This document shows positions 9,459 through 20,167 of a stretch of DNA of 64,000 bases, one piece after another. Numbering within the stretch: position 1 is the first letter of the stretch; each line of letters starts with the position of its first letter. The notes under the pieces are model-generated. The model was not told where the DNA came from and did no database searches. It saw only the letters and a program-made list of their open reading frames with translations. A program made the position numbers and the translations under genes. Location: NCBI GenBank assembly GCA_965237675.1, contig OZ250150.1, positions 1,504,001 through 1,568,000 of the forward strand, given 5' to 3'. Source of the DNA: Candidatus Latescibacterota bacterium (GTDB lineage: Bacteria; Latescibacterota; UBA2968; GCA-2709665).

Positions 9459-11579
9459 CTAACCGCTATTCCTTCCGAAGTCTTTCGCGAAGACCAGAAA
9501 GTCGCCGAACCCAATTGTCCCGTCGCCATCCAGATCGTACCGCGTGCTGTAACGCAGGTCTCCCTGACTCAACCCGAATTTCGCCGCGAACTGAATGAAG
9601 TCGTCAAAATCCACGGCGCCATCGCCGTTGAAATCGGGATCGGGGGTTTGCGAAACTCGGTACGGCGCCAGGTCCCACAGTAGCATCGTGCCAGCATGAG
9701 ATCCCGACGCAAGCGTCTTGCTATCGGGAGAAAACAACACGCTGCTGATGGCGAGATTGTGCCCTTCAAAGGTAGCGACAATGTCGCCCGTCGACATGTC
9801 GTATAGCCTCACCAGCGTTCCCTGCTCACTCGTGGCGAACATCGTCCTGTCCGGGGAGAATGCCACGCAAGCTTTCGCCTTTTCTTCCAACGTGGCGCTG
9901 GCAGAGCCCGTCGCCAGGTCCCACACCTTGACGGTACCGTGGTATGAAGCGGTAGCCAGTGCTGTCCCGTCCTGTGAAAAGGCCATGGAGAGAACCCGTT
10001 CAGAATGTCCTTCCAGGTCGCGGGTGGTGGAACCCGTCACCACGTCCCACATCCTGATCTCGCCGTTGCTGGTCCCGGCAGCCAGCGTCGCGCCATCCGG
10101 GGAAAAAAGCAGCGTCCCGACGCGATAATTGAGGCTGTTAAGCCTGACGATCCTGGTTGCGGTTTTCGCGTGCCAGAGGTTGACATTTCCTTCGAAGTCC
10201 CCCGAAGCAATGGTTGTTCCATCGGGTGAAAAGGACACCGAAGCGACTTGAAAATTGTGTGGGAATGTGTTGATGCGGCTGTGTGTGTCCAGGTTCCATA
10301 ACCTGACCGTCCTGTCGGATGATGCGGAAGCAAGGGTCGCCCCGTCCGGTGAAAACGATATCGAGTAGACCACACTGGTATGCCCGCTTAGGGTTGCCTG
10401 CATCAGTCCCGTTGCGGCGTCCCATATATTGACGTCTCCCATTGCTGCAGGGGTATGGGAAGCCAGCGTTGTGCCGTCTGGTGAAAACGCCATACCCCAG
10501 ACATCTCCCATGTAGCCTGAGATGGCGGTGGTATTTCCCGTAACCAGGTTCCACAGGAAAACGCCACCATCTTCAGATGCGGTGGCGAGGGTCGTCCCAT
10601 CAGAAGAATATGAAATCGCACTGACCTTGCCCCGATGGCGGTCAAACGTGGCGATATTTCGGCCAGTCGCCGTGTGCCAGATTTTGACCGAGCCGTTATA
10701 TGCCCCGGAGGCGAGAGTGGAGCCAGTTGGAGAAAACGCGACAGCGTAAATGCCGAAACCTTGTTTCGGGAGGGTAGCGGCTATTGTGCCCGACGCGACA
10801 TCCCACAGCTTGATCGTGCCGTCAGCGGATGCCGACGCGAGGGTTCTCCCATCTGGAGAAAAGGACACGGAGGTGACCTCCCGACCATGCCCCTCCAGGG
10901 TAGTGGTATTGGTGCGCGTCGTCACGTCCCACAAATGGACCGTGCTGCCACCGGAAGCCCACGCGAGGGTCTTCCCATCCGGTGAAAAGGACATCGAGAT
11001 GTCGAAGGACCAATCTCCCACGATTCCCACGAGGGCAGAGGTGAGTCTTCCGGTGGCCACGTCCAACCGTTCGAGTCTTCCACGACTGGAGGGAAAAATG
11101 AAGGTTTTACCGTCCGGAGACAACGACAGATATATCTTTCTCCACGTTTCAGGTGTAACAGTGGCCGTATTTGTTCCCGTAGCCACGTCCCACAGCCTGA
11201 CCTCCGAGTGTCCCCGCAAGTGGCCTCCTGCGGCAAGCGTCGTACCGTCGGACGAAAAGGACAACGAATGGACGACGCCGGACGGTAGCAGAGTGAATCT
11301 TTCGGGATCCTCCACGGAGTAGAGCCATACGCCGATGCCGCTTGCTACGGCGACAAGTTTACCGTCCGGAGAAAAAGCAACCGCCCTGTCGGTTAGTCCA
11401 ATGCGTCCCTTCCCAATTCGGACGGTGGCGCCTTGCGGAAGGTGCCACGTCGGATAATCGAGGGCGTTACCAGGCGATGCGGAAATGGCAGACATCGGTG
11501 AGAGGAAGAGCCCGACCGCGGCGAAAAGGCAAGTGCTGAAGCCTTTAACTGACACAAGCCGATGAATGGCATTGCACAT
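9459..11579 (-). CDS. Secreted WD40-repeat (about 13-14 blades) protein with C-terminal dockerin/EF-hand-like pair
   Basis: AGGAGG RBS and signal-peptide-like N-terminus, repeated SVSFSPDG.TLAS.S.DGT.KLWD, C-terminal PDFNGDGAVDFDDF...DLDGDGTIGFGDF. Confidence 0.92.
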   Translation of the reverse strand: MCNAIHRLVSVKGFSTCLFAAVGLFLSPMSAISASPGNALDYPTWHLPQGATVRIGKGRIGLTDRAVAFSPDGKLVAVASGIGVWLYSVEDPERFTLLPSGVVHSLSFSSDGTTLAAGGHLRGHSEVRLWDVATGTNTATVTPETWRKIYLSLSPDGKTFIFPSSRGRLERLDVATGRLTSALVGIVGDWSFDISMSFSPDGKTLAWASGGSTVHLWDVTTRTNTTTLEGHGREVTSVSFSPDGRTLASASADGTIKLWDVASGTIAATLPKQGFGIYAVAFSPTGSTLASGAYNGSVKIWHTATGRNIATFDRHRGKVSAISYSSDGTTLATASEDGGVFLWNLVTGNTTAISGYMGDVWGMAFSPDGTTLASHTPAAMGDVNIWDAATGLMQATLSGHTSVVYSISFSPDGATLASASSDRTVRLWNLDTHSRINTFPHNFQVASVSFSPDGTTIASGDFEGNVNLWHAKTATRIVRLNSLNYRVGTLLFSPDGATLAAGTSNGEIRMWDVVTGSTTRDLEGHSERVLSMAFSQDGTALATASYHGTVKVWDLATGSASATLEEKAKACVAFSPDRTMFATSEQGTLVRLYDMSTGDIVATFEGHNLAISSVLFSPDSKTLASGSHAGTMLLWDLAPYRVSQTPDPDFNGDGAVDFDDFIQFAAKFGLSQGDLRYSTRYDLDGDGTIGFGDFLVFAKDFGRNSG

Positions 11580-11914
11580 GGGAAACCTCCTTCTTTGTGA
11601 GAGCGGGTTGCCTGTAACGTGAGGCGGGCCCGTATACCACCGGCGTCGTGTAATTTCATTCACTTTCGGAACCTCAAGCAGCCCGTTACAGGCAGGCGTG
11701 CGAACCGTGTCCGGAATCGTCGAAGTTCTGCTATTGAAGATCAAGAGGATTGTATGTTTTGCGATCTTGTCTCTTTCGCTACTTCATGCTCTCTTAATTC
11801 GTAAAATAAGGCTCATTGATTTAGATAACAAGAGGAATTCGTGGTTTTTTTCAATTGCCATTCCTGGTTGAAATTGCCTGTGCCGATGGGTCTGATGCGA
11901 AAGCGTTATTCGGA

Positions 11915-12400
11915 AGTGTCGCAAAACGCGACAGTGTGTCTAGCGATTTCCCCTTCGTATGAGCCGGTGTTTCCATGTGGTCAGGCGGGCGGTTCGCGAA
12001 CCGCCCCTACAAAAAACGGACATCCGTGAATTGATATCGCCAGGCCAAATCGTTAGCCGGTGTTAGCTGATTGCTGTAATCTGTCCGCTATCTGCTGCAC
12101 GTTCTTCCCGGGAGCGAGGGATTCCAGCCCTCGTGGCGCCGTCGTTACAATTGTAGGGGCAACCCTTGTGGTTGCCCCATCATGGCGTTGACATCGGCAA
12201 TTGACATCGCCGGTCCGTATCGCCAACTGCTGATCGCTGACCACGCCGGCCGGGCGGTTCGCGAACCGCCCCTACAAAAAACGGACATCCGTGATATTGA
12301 TATCGCCGGGCCATATCGCCAACTCCCCCTCTCCTCGCAGGAGAGGGGGCTGGGGGGAGAGGTCCCGCCTTTAGCTGACAACTGAGAGCTGTACGCTGAT
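11915..12400. repeat. Intergenic REP mosaic
   Basis: GGGCGGTTCGCGAACCGCCCCTAC at ~11987 and ~12252, REP at 12153, CCCCCTCTCC..GGAGAGGGGG hairpin at ~12325, heptamer runs. Confidence 0.8.
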
Positions 12401-12402
12401 AG

Positions 12403-13842
12403 CTATTTGCGGAGCTGCTTGAGAAGGGCCAGGTCTTCCCGGGTGACGCCTTTCAGCAGTACGATCAGCGCGCCGTAGACGAGAAACCCCGCCACGCCGG
12501 CAACGAAGAAGTGATCCCGGATGGCAGCGACGCAGAGCACCGTCAGCAGGGTCGCCAGCAGCGGTTTGACGGCGGCGGCGCCCAGTATGACCGCGTACTT
12601 TCGCAGAGGAGCGAAGAAGAGCCCCGCAACCGGGTACGCGATGGATCCGACCAGGACGGCCGCGGCCGATCCGAGAATGTGGTGGGCGGGGATCAGCGCG
12701 ATATTCAGGAAAATGCCGAGCAGCGCGGCGGCGCCCAGGCAGACGAGGCGTCGTTTCTCCTGTCCCACGGCCACGATCAGAAAACTGAAGGCGGTGCCCA
12801 TGTATTTGAACACCTGCGCCCACACGAGCAGGACGAGGGTCCCGCTGGCATAGGCGAACAGAGCTCCCGGAATCCGGCCGGGATAGAGCAGGTTCAGGAT
12901 GTCCCGGGAAGCGAGGGTGCAGAAGCCGGCGACGGGGACGACAAAGAGCAGCAGGTAACGCGCGCTGCGGTGGTAGATTCTGTCGAACGCAACCGGATCG
13001 GTCTCCCGATGTCTCACCATCACGGGGAAGACGGAGGCGATGAATATCGAGGCCAGAAAGGGTAGGCTGTCCGGAATTCGCGCCGCCATATTGTAAAGGC
13101 CCACGGCCTCCTTGTTCTTGATGGATTCGAGCATCATGATGCCGATTTTGTCGTGGACGGTGGCGCAGACCGAGGCGAGCATCAGCGGGATGCTCTGCCG
13201 CAGTAGAGATTTGACGATTTGCGGATCGAACCGGAACCGGGGAAGTTTGAATAGACGCCGGTGCGTGATGCACAGACCGGCAAATGAGAGGATCTCAGCG
13301 GCGATCAGCGCGCAGAAGATGGAGGTAAGAAAGCCGTTGTTGAGGACAACAACGACAAGCAGGCCGGCCATGAGAAGGTGGGAGGCCGTGTTCCACGCCA
13401 CCACGTATCCCATTTCGAGTTTGGCCTGAAACCGCACCTGGAACATCCTGCGAAAGGCGTTCAGCCGCGGCGATACGAACAGGGTGAGCGAGGCGACGAA
13501 CGCGGGCATGAGGGTTTCCGCGCCCTGGCCTGTAAGATAGAGATATGCGTTTGAAGCCAGAATGGCGGCCGCGGAACCGATCAGGCCGATCGATAAGGCG
13601 TTCCCCAGAAGCCGGTCGGTACTCTCGCGGCTCGCGGTCTCTCGCACCAGGACGTTAAAGGTGCCCGCGTCCGCCAGCACGCTCCACAGCATGAGGTTGG
13701 TCAGGATGAACGTATAGGCGCCGAAGGCTTTCAGGTCCAGGTAGTGGACGAGGAACAGAAAGATCGCCAACTCGATGGTTCGTCCGGATACCTGGACCGC
13801 GGTGTTGCCGGCGATCCGTCTGACCGGTGTCTTGCCGCCCAT
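12403..13842 (-). CDS. Wzx-like oligosaccharide flippase (MOP/PST family)
   Basis: About 14 hydrophobic segments, IAGNTAVQVSGR N-terminus, VGLYNMAARI and FPVM motifs. Confidence 0.85.
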   Translation of the reverse strand: MGGKTPVRRIAGNTAVQVSGRTIELAIFLFLVHYLDLKAFGAYTFILTNLMLWSVLADAGTFNVLVRETASRESTDRLLGNALSIGLIGSAAAILASNAYLYLTGQGAETLMPAFVASLTLFVSPRLNAFRRMFQVRFQAKLEMGYVVAWNTASHLLMAGLLVVVVLNNGFLTSIFCALIAAEILSFAGLCITHRRLFKLPRFRFDPQIVKSLLRQSIPLMLASVCATVHDKIGIMMLESIKNKEAVGLYNMAARIPDSLPFLASIFIASVFPVMVRHRETDPVAFDRIYHRSARYLLLFVVPVAGFCTLASRDILNLLYPGRIPGALFAYASGTLVLLVWAQVFKYMGTAFSFLIVAVGQEKRRLVCLGAAALLGIFLNIALIPAHHILGSAAAVLVGSIAYPVAGLFFAPLRKYAVILGAAAVKPLLATLLTVLCVAAIRDHFFVAGVAGFLVYGALIVLLKGVTREDLALLKQLRK

Positions 13843-13845
13843 GGA

Positions 13846-16290
13846 TTACTCCGCGGTGGCGGGGGCCGCGTCCCCGGAGCGTTGTCGCCAGTACCAGCCG
13901 GCGGCGCATGCGATGGCGCAGAGGGTGGAAAGGAGGGTGATCCAGCGGCAGGCCGTGGCAATGGGATCGTGGAAGCGGAGTTCGACCCGGTGTTCGCCCG
14001 CGGGCACGGCAACCGCCTTCCACGCGTAGTTGGCCCTGAACAGCGGCCGTTCCTCGCCGTCGACGTAGGCGTGCCAGAAGGGATGGTAATTCTCGGAGAT
14101 CACGAGGATACGCGGGCCCCCGGCGTTGACGTTGAGTTCGATATGTCCCCCGCGTTCGCCGTACGCGACCTTCTCGATGGGGTCCTTCGATCGCGTGTCC
14201 GCATCGTCAGCCGAAAATCCGTCCGGCTCGGCCTCGAGGATAACGGTCTCATCGGGCTTGAATCCGGGCTCAGACAGCAGTTCAAGGATGCGGGCCTCGT
14301 CGGTTTCGATTCGGTAACGGGACGCCAGGTAGAACCAGGGCAGCGCGAAGTCGTTCCTGTAGATATGCAGGCCGTTGGCAACCACGGATGCCGGCGAGCC
14401 CGGAAAGGGTTCCCGGGTCACGACGTAACGGGTGTTCAGCAGATTCAGGATGGGGAAGTGCCTGAGGGTTTGGGGTTCGGTGATCCGGTCATAACGCAGC
14501 ATGGTAAAGGGTTCGTGATAGTCCACGCGGACCCTGTCGACAATCGTTCGCTTTCCCGCGCCCATATGCGGTGGGGGCACGGAGAGTTGTGATACGAATA
14601 GCACGCGGTAAAGGTCCGCGTCCTGATTGAAGTAACGCAGGAGGTCGCCGTAGACGCGTTCGGGCGGCGGCTGAAGGCCCGGGTCGAAATATCGGAGGAA
14701 CTGCCGGTCGATCCGCCAGGTGTCGAAGAGCATCAGGGGAATGAGAAGGCAGCCGAAGACGGCGGGGGATACGGCGCCGCCCAGGCGTTTCCAGGTAAGA
14801 AAGGCCAGGACCGCCACGAGCATGGCGGCCAGCATGGCGCCCCGGCTGAGGTTGTGTGAGTTCGCCTGCGCGACCCGGACGGCGGAATCCGGAATATCGC
14901 TCCAGAACAGGCCGTTCCATGCGTTGATGGCGCCCTGGGGAGCCAGGGCGACGCCCAGCAGGAGGAGCACCGCGACGGCGGCGCCGATGGCGAGATTGCG
15001 CCGCGATTGAGGCGAGATGTCCGTCGGGTAAAGAACGCGCTGCAAGCCGATGGCGGCCAGAACACAGGCCGGGAAGGCGAACAGAAAGGCGATCATACCC
15101 GGTGCGCGGAGCACTTTCATGCCCGGAATATAGCGGTACGCGTAACCGTGCAGAAAGGTATGGGGCCCGAGGGCGAATGCCAGGGCGATGAGAAAGAGCA
15201 AAAGGAAGATCGAGATTCTGGGGTCGCGACGGACGCGGCCGAAGGCGAGGGCTGCGAAGAAGAGAACGGCGATTCCGAAATATTCGGAGTTGAGTTTAAA
15301 GGGATTGCGGCCCCAGTAGTTTCGTGTTCGCCGGTCCGGATCGTCGAAGTGCGCGAATTCCGGAATGACCAGCGATGCGATTTCTTCGGGGTGCAGCGAC
15401 CACGTTTGGGCGTATTCGAGGCCCTTGCCCCCGCCGTTCTCCAACGCCCGCCTGGATTCCGTGCGCGTGTACCAGTATTGAGGAAACACGCCCATTGCGC
15501 CGATGGCCAGGCCCAGGCACACCGCGCCGGCGCTGAGGAGGCTTCGGCGGAATGCGGCCGCGATGTTTCTTTCACAATAGAAGAGATGGACGAGCCTTGC
15601 GGCGAAAATGATGCCCAGGCCGCAGAGGGCATAATAGAGCATCTGGAGGTGCGGTGTATAGATGCCCGCGCCGACGGCGACGGCCACAACGAGGTAGTAG
15701 ATCAGGCGGCCGGTTTCCAGGCCGCGGTACAGCCCCCAGACCATCAAGGGAAAAAGGCCGATGACCAGCATTTTGGCTTCATGGCCGGCGTAGATGAAGG
15801 TGAGCAGCGTGGGTGCGGAGGCGTAAGCGATTCCGGTGAGCCAGGCGGTGAGCGGTTTCAGGCCAAGGCCGCGGATACAGAGGTACATGAAATATCCGGC
15901 CATGAACATGGCGAAGACATATCGCCAACCGAGAAGACGGTGCCGGGTTGTAAACAGGGCGATGATCTCGAGTGGGAAGTACTGGGACGTCCGTTGTCCG
16001 GTCACGGGTGTGCCGCCCAGGTACCGCGTCCAGTTGGCGGGGGCCAGGTCGGCCAGCTTCTGAAGGAAAGGCTCTCTGCCCTTGTGAAAATCCGTTCCTG
16101 TGTCCTGTCCGAGGATGACATGGTCGGTGAAGACGAATCCGGCGAAGTACACCACGCTCAGGAACAGAAAGAACACGACCGGGGCCCACGGCGAGGCGAG
16201 GTAGGGAGCGAAACGGTCGGGGAGGCTTTTCGAGGCCTGCGGCCGCGGTGTTACGCTTCGACCGACCGCTCTTTTTTTGCGTTTGCTCAC
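13846..16290 (-). CDS. YfhO-family GT-C-like membrane protein
   Basis: WTRYLGGTP, multiple TM segments, LLNTRYVV, ISENYHPFWHAYVDG...ANYAWKAVAVPAGEHRVELRF. GTG start with GGAG RBS chosen. Confidence 0.85.
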   Translation of the reverse strand: MSKRKKRAVGRSVTPRPQASKSLPDRFAPYLASPWAPVVFFLFLSVVYFAGFVFTDHVILGQDTGTDFHKGREPFLQKLADLAPANWTRYLGGTPVTGQRTSQYFPLEIIALFTTRHRLLGWRYVFAMFMAGYFMYLCIRGLGLKPLTAWLTGIAYASAPTLLTFIYAGHEAKMLVIGLFPLMVWGLYRGLETGRLIYYLVVAVAVGAGIYTPHLQMLYYALCGLGIIFAARLVHLFYCERNIAAAFRRSLLSAGAVCLGLAIGAMGVFPQYWYTRTESRRALENGGGKGLEYAQTWSLHPEEIASLVIPEFAHFDDPDRRTRNYWGRNPFKLNSEYFGIAVLFFAALAFGRVRRDPRISIFLLLFLIALAFALGPHTFLHGYAYRYIPGMKVLRAPGMIAFLFAFPACVLAAIGLQRVLYPTDISPQSRRNLAIGAAVAVLLLLGVALAPQGAINAWNGLFWSDIPDSAVRVAQANSHNLSRGAMLAAMLVAVLAFLTWKRLGGAVSPAVFGCLLIPLMLFDTWRIDRQFLRYFDPGLQPPPERVYGDLLRYFNQDADLYRVLFVSQLSVPPPHMGAGKRTIVDRVRVDYHEPFTMLRYDRITEPQTLRHFPILNLLNTRYVVTREPFPGSPASVVANGLHIYRNDFALPWFYLASRYRIETDEARILELLSEPGFKPDETVILEAEPDGFSADDADTRSKDPIEKVAYGERGGHIELNVNAGGPRILVISENYHPFWHAYVDGEERPLFRANYAWKAVAVPAGEHRVELRFHDPIATACRWITLLSTLCAIACAAGWYWRQRSGDAAPATAE

Positions 16291-16524
16291 GTTACGGCTC
16301 CACGGGTTGGGCGGCCGTGCCGGGGCAGGGGGCGTGGTGGGCAATAGGGTTCAAGACCGACATCCGGGTGTCTCGATTTTCGCTCGGTCCAGCAGGCGCC
16401 CGCGATGAATCGGCCGGCCGCGCCGTACTCAGCGGAGACCGCCCGCGCGGTTGTGTCTGGGGGCCGCGTTGACAACCTCTTGGCGCGATCTCCGGCTGGC
16501 TCGGCGCGAGTTGGGAATGCAGGA

Positions 16525-17628
16525 TCACCCGAGGGAGTGGACGTAAACCCGATCCTGTTCGCGTGCAATCCGGTCCCAGGAGAAATTGGCGGCCCATTTT
16601 CGCCCGTTGTGGCCGAGGTCGGCGCGGCGTCGGGGGTTTTCGAGGAGGTGTTTCATGGCGCCCGCGAGGGCGTCCGCGTTCTCCGCGGGCACCAGCAGGC
16701 CGGTCCGGTCGCGTTGGATCGCGTCGACAAGCCCGGGGATCTCCGTGCCGATCACCGCTTTTCCGGCGGCGCCGGCTTCGATGGCGGTGATGCCCCACCC
16801 TTCGTAACGGGAAGGCTGACAGGTGAACAATGCGCCGGCGTAGAGGTCCCATTTTTCCGCTTCGGAGACGGGGCCCGTGAGTTCCACGCGATCCGATATG
16901 CCGAGGGACCGGGAGATGGACCTCAGTTCTTTCAGGCGCGCGTCGGTACCCCGCCCCGCCAGGACCAGGCGGACGTCCGGATGCGCGGGTCTCAGCCTGG
17001 CGAATGCGGGGAGCAGGATGTCGATGCCCTTGTTATAGGTGTCCAGGCGGCCGAAAAAGAGAATATAATCTTCTTCGCGGGTTTCCGCGATCTGCGGATG
17101 ATTCACGCCGTTGCATATCGTATGGATGGTCGTGTTCGGACGCGCGCGCCTCCGGAGGTGCAGGGCCGTACTCGGGGAAACGGCGATGATCCGGCGTTGG
17201 AGCCGGGTGTGGAGGCATTCGGCGGCGGCGGCCAGCAGGCCGATCCCGGGATATTTCCGCGTGGCGTGCCCAGCAATGGGATGGTGGAAGACCATCACCG
17301 ACCGTGCCTGCCGGGAAGGAAGGGCGAATACGGGCGAGAAGGCGGAAAAGTCGTAGACCCAGAGGTCGAAGGGCCATCCCGCCAGCGCCCGGGCCGCCAG
17401 CGCCGAGAAACTCAGGCGGCTGAGCGCATAGTTTCGATTCGACCCCACCCGGCGGATGCGGATACCATAACGATCTTCCTCCATGCCGGCGCCGGGAAAG
17501 TTGCCCGTCAACAGGGTGATGTCGTGATTCCCGGCGAGGCGGCGGTTGATCTCCATCGCGCGGACCGCCCCCCCTCCTCCGCACCAGGGGTTGTCCACGT
17601 CGTCGTAAATGGTGTGGAGGATTTTCAT
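16525..17628 (-). CDS. Glycosyltransferase family 4
   Basis: FFGRLD..NKG, PSRYEGWGITAIEAGAAGKAVI. Confidence 0.93.
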   Translation of the reverse strand: MKILHTIYDDVDNPWCGGGGAVRAMEINRRLAGNHDITLLTGNFPGAGMEEDRYGIRIRRVGSNRNYALSRLSFSALAARALAGWPFDLWVYDFSAFSPVFALPSRQARSVMVFHHPIAGHATRKYPGIGLLAAAAECLHTRLQRRIIAVSPSTALHLRRRARPNTTIHTICNGVNHPQIAETREEDYILFFGRLDTYNKGIDILLPAFARLRPAHPDVRLVLAGRGTDARLKELRSISRSLGISDRVELTGPVSEAEKWDLYAGALFTCQPSRYEGWGITAIEAGAAGKAVIGTEIPGLVDAIQRDRTGLLVPAENADALAGAMKHLLENPRRRADLGHNGRKWAANFSWDRIAREQDRVYVHSLG

Positions 17629-17634
17629 AATGCC

Positions 17635-17792
17635 GTGAGAGGTAAGAGGTAAGAAGGGAGAGGTGTTGGCAACTTTTCCATATCACTCGTCCCTAATCGG
17701 ATTCTCGTTCTGCTCCCCCTCTCCCTGTGGGAGAGGGGGTTGGGGGGTGAGGGACTCGGGGCCGGGGGAGGGGTCGCCATCCTCCCCTCCCG
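17635..17792. repeat. Short repeat module (AAGAGGT heptamers plus CCCTCTCCC..GGGAGAGGG hairpin)
   Basis: Same modules occur in the larger mosaic islands. Confidence 0.6.
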
Positions 17793-17794
17793 CT

Positions 17795-18325
17795 CTATCT
17801 CGCGGCCTCCAGGATGCGTTTTATGACGGCGGTGGTGGAGGTGTCGAACGCCGTGGATACGGTGGCGGCGCGGCCCCCGGCGTTTTCAACCACCTCGCGG
17901 GCGACGATCTGATCCGGCGAATAATCCCCGCCCTTGACGAGAATGTCGGGCAACAGGGCACGGAGCACATTATGCGGGGTGTCCTCTTCGAACACGCAGA
18001 TATAGTCCACGGCTTCCAGGCCCGCCAGCACGGCTGTCCGTTCCTCAACCGAGAGAATCGGGCGGCCCCTGCCCTTGATGCGGCGGACGGAGTCATCGCT
18101 GTTGAGGCCCAGCAGGAGCGCGTCGCCCAGGGCGCGCGCCCGCTGCAGGAAAGCGACGTGGCCCGGATGGATCAGGTCGAAGCAGCCGTTTGTGAAAACC
18201 AGCCTGGCGCGGGTTCGTTTCAGGCGCTGCCGGACACGGCGGGCCTGATCCAGGGTAAGGACCTTTCGGCCTGCGGCATCGGGATCGAATCGTGGAGTTT
18301 CCGGGAGCGCCTTGTCAAGAGTCAT
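17795..18325 (-). CDS. rfaE2: D-glycero-beta-D-manno-heptose 1-phosphate adenylyltransferase (RfaE domain II)
   Basis: VFTNGCFDLIHPGH, GLNSDDSVRRIKG..RP, LVKGGDY, STT. Confidence 0.88.
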   Translation of the reverse strand: MTLDKALPETPRFDPDAAGRKVLTLDQARRVRQRLKRTRARLVFTNGCFDLIHPGHVAFLQRARALGDALLLGLNSDDSVRRIKGRGRPILSVEERTAVLAGLEAVDYICVFEEDTPHNVLRALLPDILVKGGDYSPDQIVAREVVENAGGRAATVSTAFDTSTTAVIKRILEAAR

Positions 18326-18356
18326 ACTGAACCCAATGCGGATGGACGGGCGGGCC

Positions 18357-18950
18357 CTACAACACGCCCTTGGTCGAAGGAATCCCCACGACGCCGGGGT
18401 CCCGTCCGCATGCCTGCCGGAGCGCCAGGCCAACGGCCTTGAAAATCGCTTCGGTGGCGTGGTGGGCGTTCGTGCCGCGAATCAGGTCGATGTGTGCGTT
18501 GAGACGCCCGTGGTCCGCGAGGGACCGGAAGAACTCCGGGCTCATTGTCGTCGGATACGCGCCGACCATCTCGTCCGCCAGATCGGCGTTGTAGACCAGG
18601 AATGGCCGGCCCGAAAGGTCGATGGCCGCGCGTGCGAGGGCTTCGTCCATGGGAACGAAACTGTGTCCGAAGCGCGTCATGCCGGCTTTGTCTCCCAGCG
18701 CATCCGAGAATGCCCGGCCGAGGCAGATGCCCACATCTTCCACCGTGTGGTGCGCGTCCACGTCCAGGTCGCCCCGGCAGGCCACGTCCAGGTCGAAGCC
18801 TCCGTGCCTGGCGAACGCGTTGAGCATATGGTCGAAAAAACCGATGCCGGTTTCCAGCCTGCAATCGCCCGAACCATCCAGGTTGAGCGTGAGGTCAATG
18901 TCGGTTTCGGATGTCTTGCGTTGTATGCGGGCGGTGCGCAGGGCCGGCAT
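18357..18950 (-). CDS. hisB: Imidazoleglycerol-phosphate dehydratase
   Basis: RKTSETDI, TGIGFFDHML, DAHHTVED, PMDEAL, NAHHATEAIFKA, PSTKG. Confidence 0.97.
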   Translation of the reverse strand: MPALRTARIQRKTSETDIDLTLNLDGSGDCRLETGIGFFDHMLNAFARHGGFDLDVACRGDLDVDAHHTVEDVGICLGRAFSDALGDKAGMTRFGHSFVPMDEALARAAIDLSGRPFLVYNADLADEMVGAYPTTMSPEFFRSLADHGRLNAHIDLIRGTNAHHATEAIFKAVGLALRQACGRDPGVVGIPSTKGVL

Positions 18951-19006
18951 GGGGTTTACCTTTCCTGAATGACTGCAACTTTCCGGGACAGGACACCGGG
19001 TGTGTA

Positions 19007-20086
19007 TTATACACACGAGTCCTTGAGTGTTTGTTCGAGCGCGCTCAGGAACCGGGTGTTGTCTTCGGTCGTGCCGATACTGACGCGCAGGGCGTTCTCG
19101 AGCAGAGGATAGGACGTGACGTTTCGGATGAGGATGCCCCTTTCGATCAGCCCGTCGAAGACCTGGCCCGGGTTGCTGACCTCAAAAAGGGTGAAGTTGG
19201 CATGCGATGGATACGGGCGGACGCCGTCGATTTTTCGCAAAGCGGCGAATACCCGCTGGCGTTCGTCCCGGATCAGCCCGACGCGTTCCCGGATCAGGCG
19301 ATCGTGTTTCAGAATGTGCAGTGCCGCTGTATGAGAGAAGACGTTGATGTCGAATGGGATTTTGACTTTCAGGATCTCCCGCGCGATCTCGGGGTGGGCC
19401 ATCAGATAACCGATGCGGATGCCCGCGGCGCCGAGGGCCTTGGAGAAGGTTCTCAATACGATGAGGTTCGGGTACCGGGAAATCAGGTCTCGGGCGGTGT
19501 CGTCCGTGAACTCGGCATAGGCTTCGTCCACCATCACCAGCGCGTCGGTTTCCCGGAGCAGATCTTCCAGGTCCGGGTTGGAAACGATGCAGCCCGTGGG
19601 GTTGTTGGGCGAACAGAAGATGACCATGTTTGCCGATTCACGCCGTACGGCTTCCCGGATTCCGGGCAGGTCGAAGGTATAGTCCGTCTTGAGGTCCACC
19701 GGAATCACGCGCCCCCCGGAGAAGCCGGTGTAAAGCCCGTATAGCGAGAAACTTGGCGATGGGATGACCACCGGCGCGCCCGGACTGGTGGTGGCGGCCA
19801 GGACAAGCTGTACGAGGGTGTTGGAGCCGTTGCAGACGATCAGCGCGTCCGGACGCCAGCCGGCGTATTCCGCCAGGGCATCCACCAGGTCCGTCTGCAT
19901 GGGCTGGGGGTAGCGGAACCAGGGCCGCTTCCTGACGGCTTCCAGGATCTCGTTTTTCAGATCCTCCGGAAGGTCGAACGGGCTTTCGTTCTGATTCAGC
20001 TTCACCGGACAGGTGTAGTGCGTCAGGTGGTACCCGTCCACCGAACGGACTTCCGGCTTGATGCGTTGCAGGGGCGGATCGATCAT
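19007..20086 (-). CDS. hisC: Histidinol-phosphate aminotransferase
   Basis: KLNQNESP, NGS, SPNNPTG, VDEAY, RTFSKALG.AG.R.GY. Located in the his operon. Confidence 0.95.
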   Translation of the reverse strand: MIDPPLQRIKPEVRSVDGYHLTHYTCPVKLNQNESPFDLPEDLKNEILEAVRKRPWFRYPQPMQTDLVDALAEYAGWRPDALIVCNGSNTLVQLVLAATTSPGAPVVIPSPSFSLYGLYTGFSGGRVIPVDLKTDYTFDLPGIREAVRRESANMVIFCSPNNPTGCIVSNPDLEDLLRETDALVMVDEAYAEFTDDTARDLISRYPNLIVLRTFSKALGAAGIRIGYLMAHPEIAREILKVKIPFDINVFSHTAALHILKHDRLIRERVGLIRDERQRVFAALRKIDGVRPYPSHANFTLFEVSNPGQVFDGLIERGILIRNVTSYPLLENALRVSIGTTEDNTRFLSALEQTLKDSCV

Positions 20087-20167
20087 CGGGACCGATTTGA
20101 AATGAGAACGCCTCGCCCAGGGCCCCCACCGGTAAGGGGAGGTTGCGCGGGCGGGCGGTTGCGGGCT

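Noticed and set aside
9459-11579. Diversity-generating retroelement target (WD40 or surface protein)
   Set aside because: No reverse transcriptase and no template/variable repeat pair with adenine-specific differences seen
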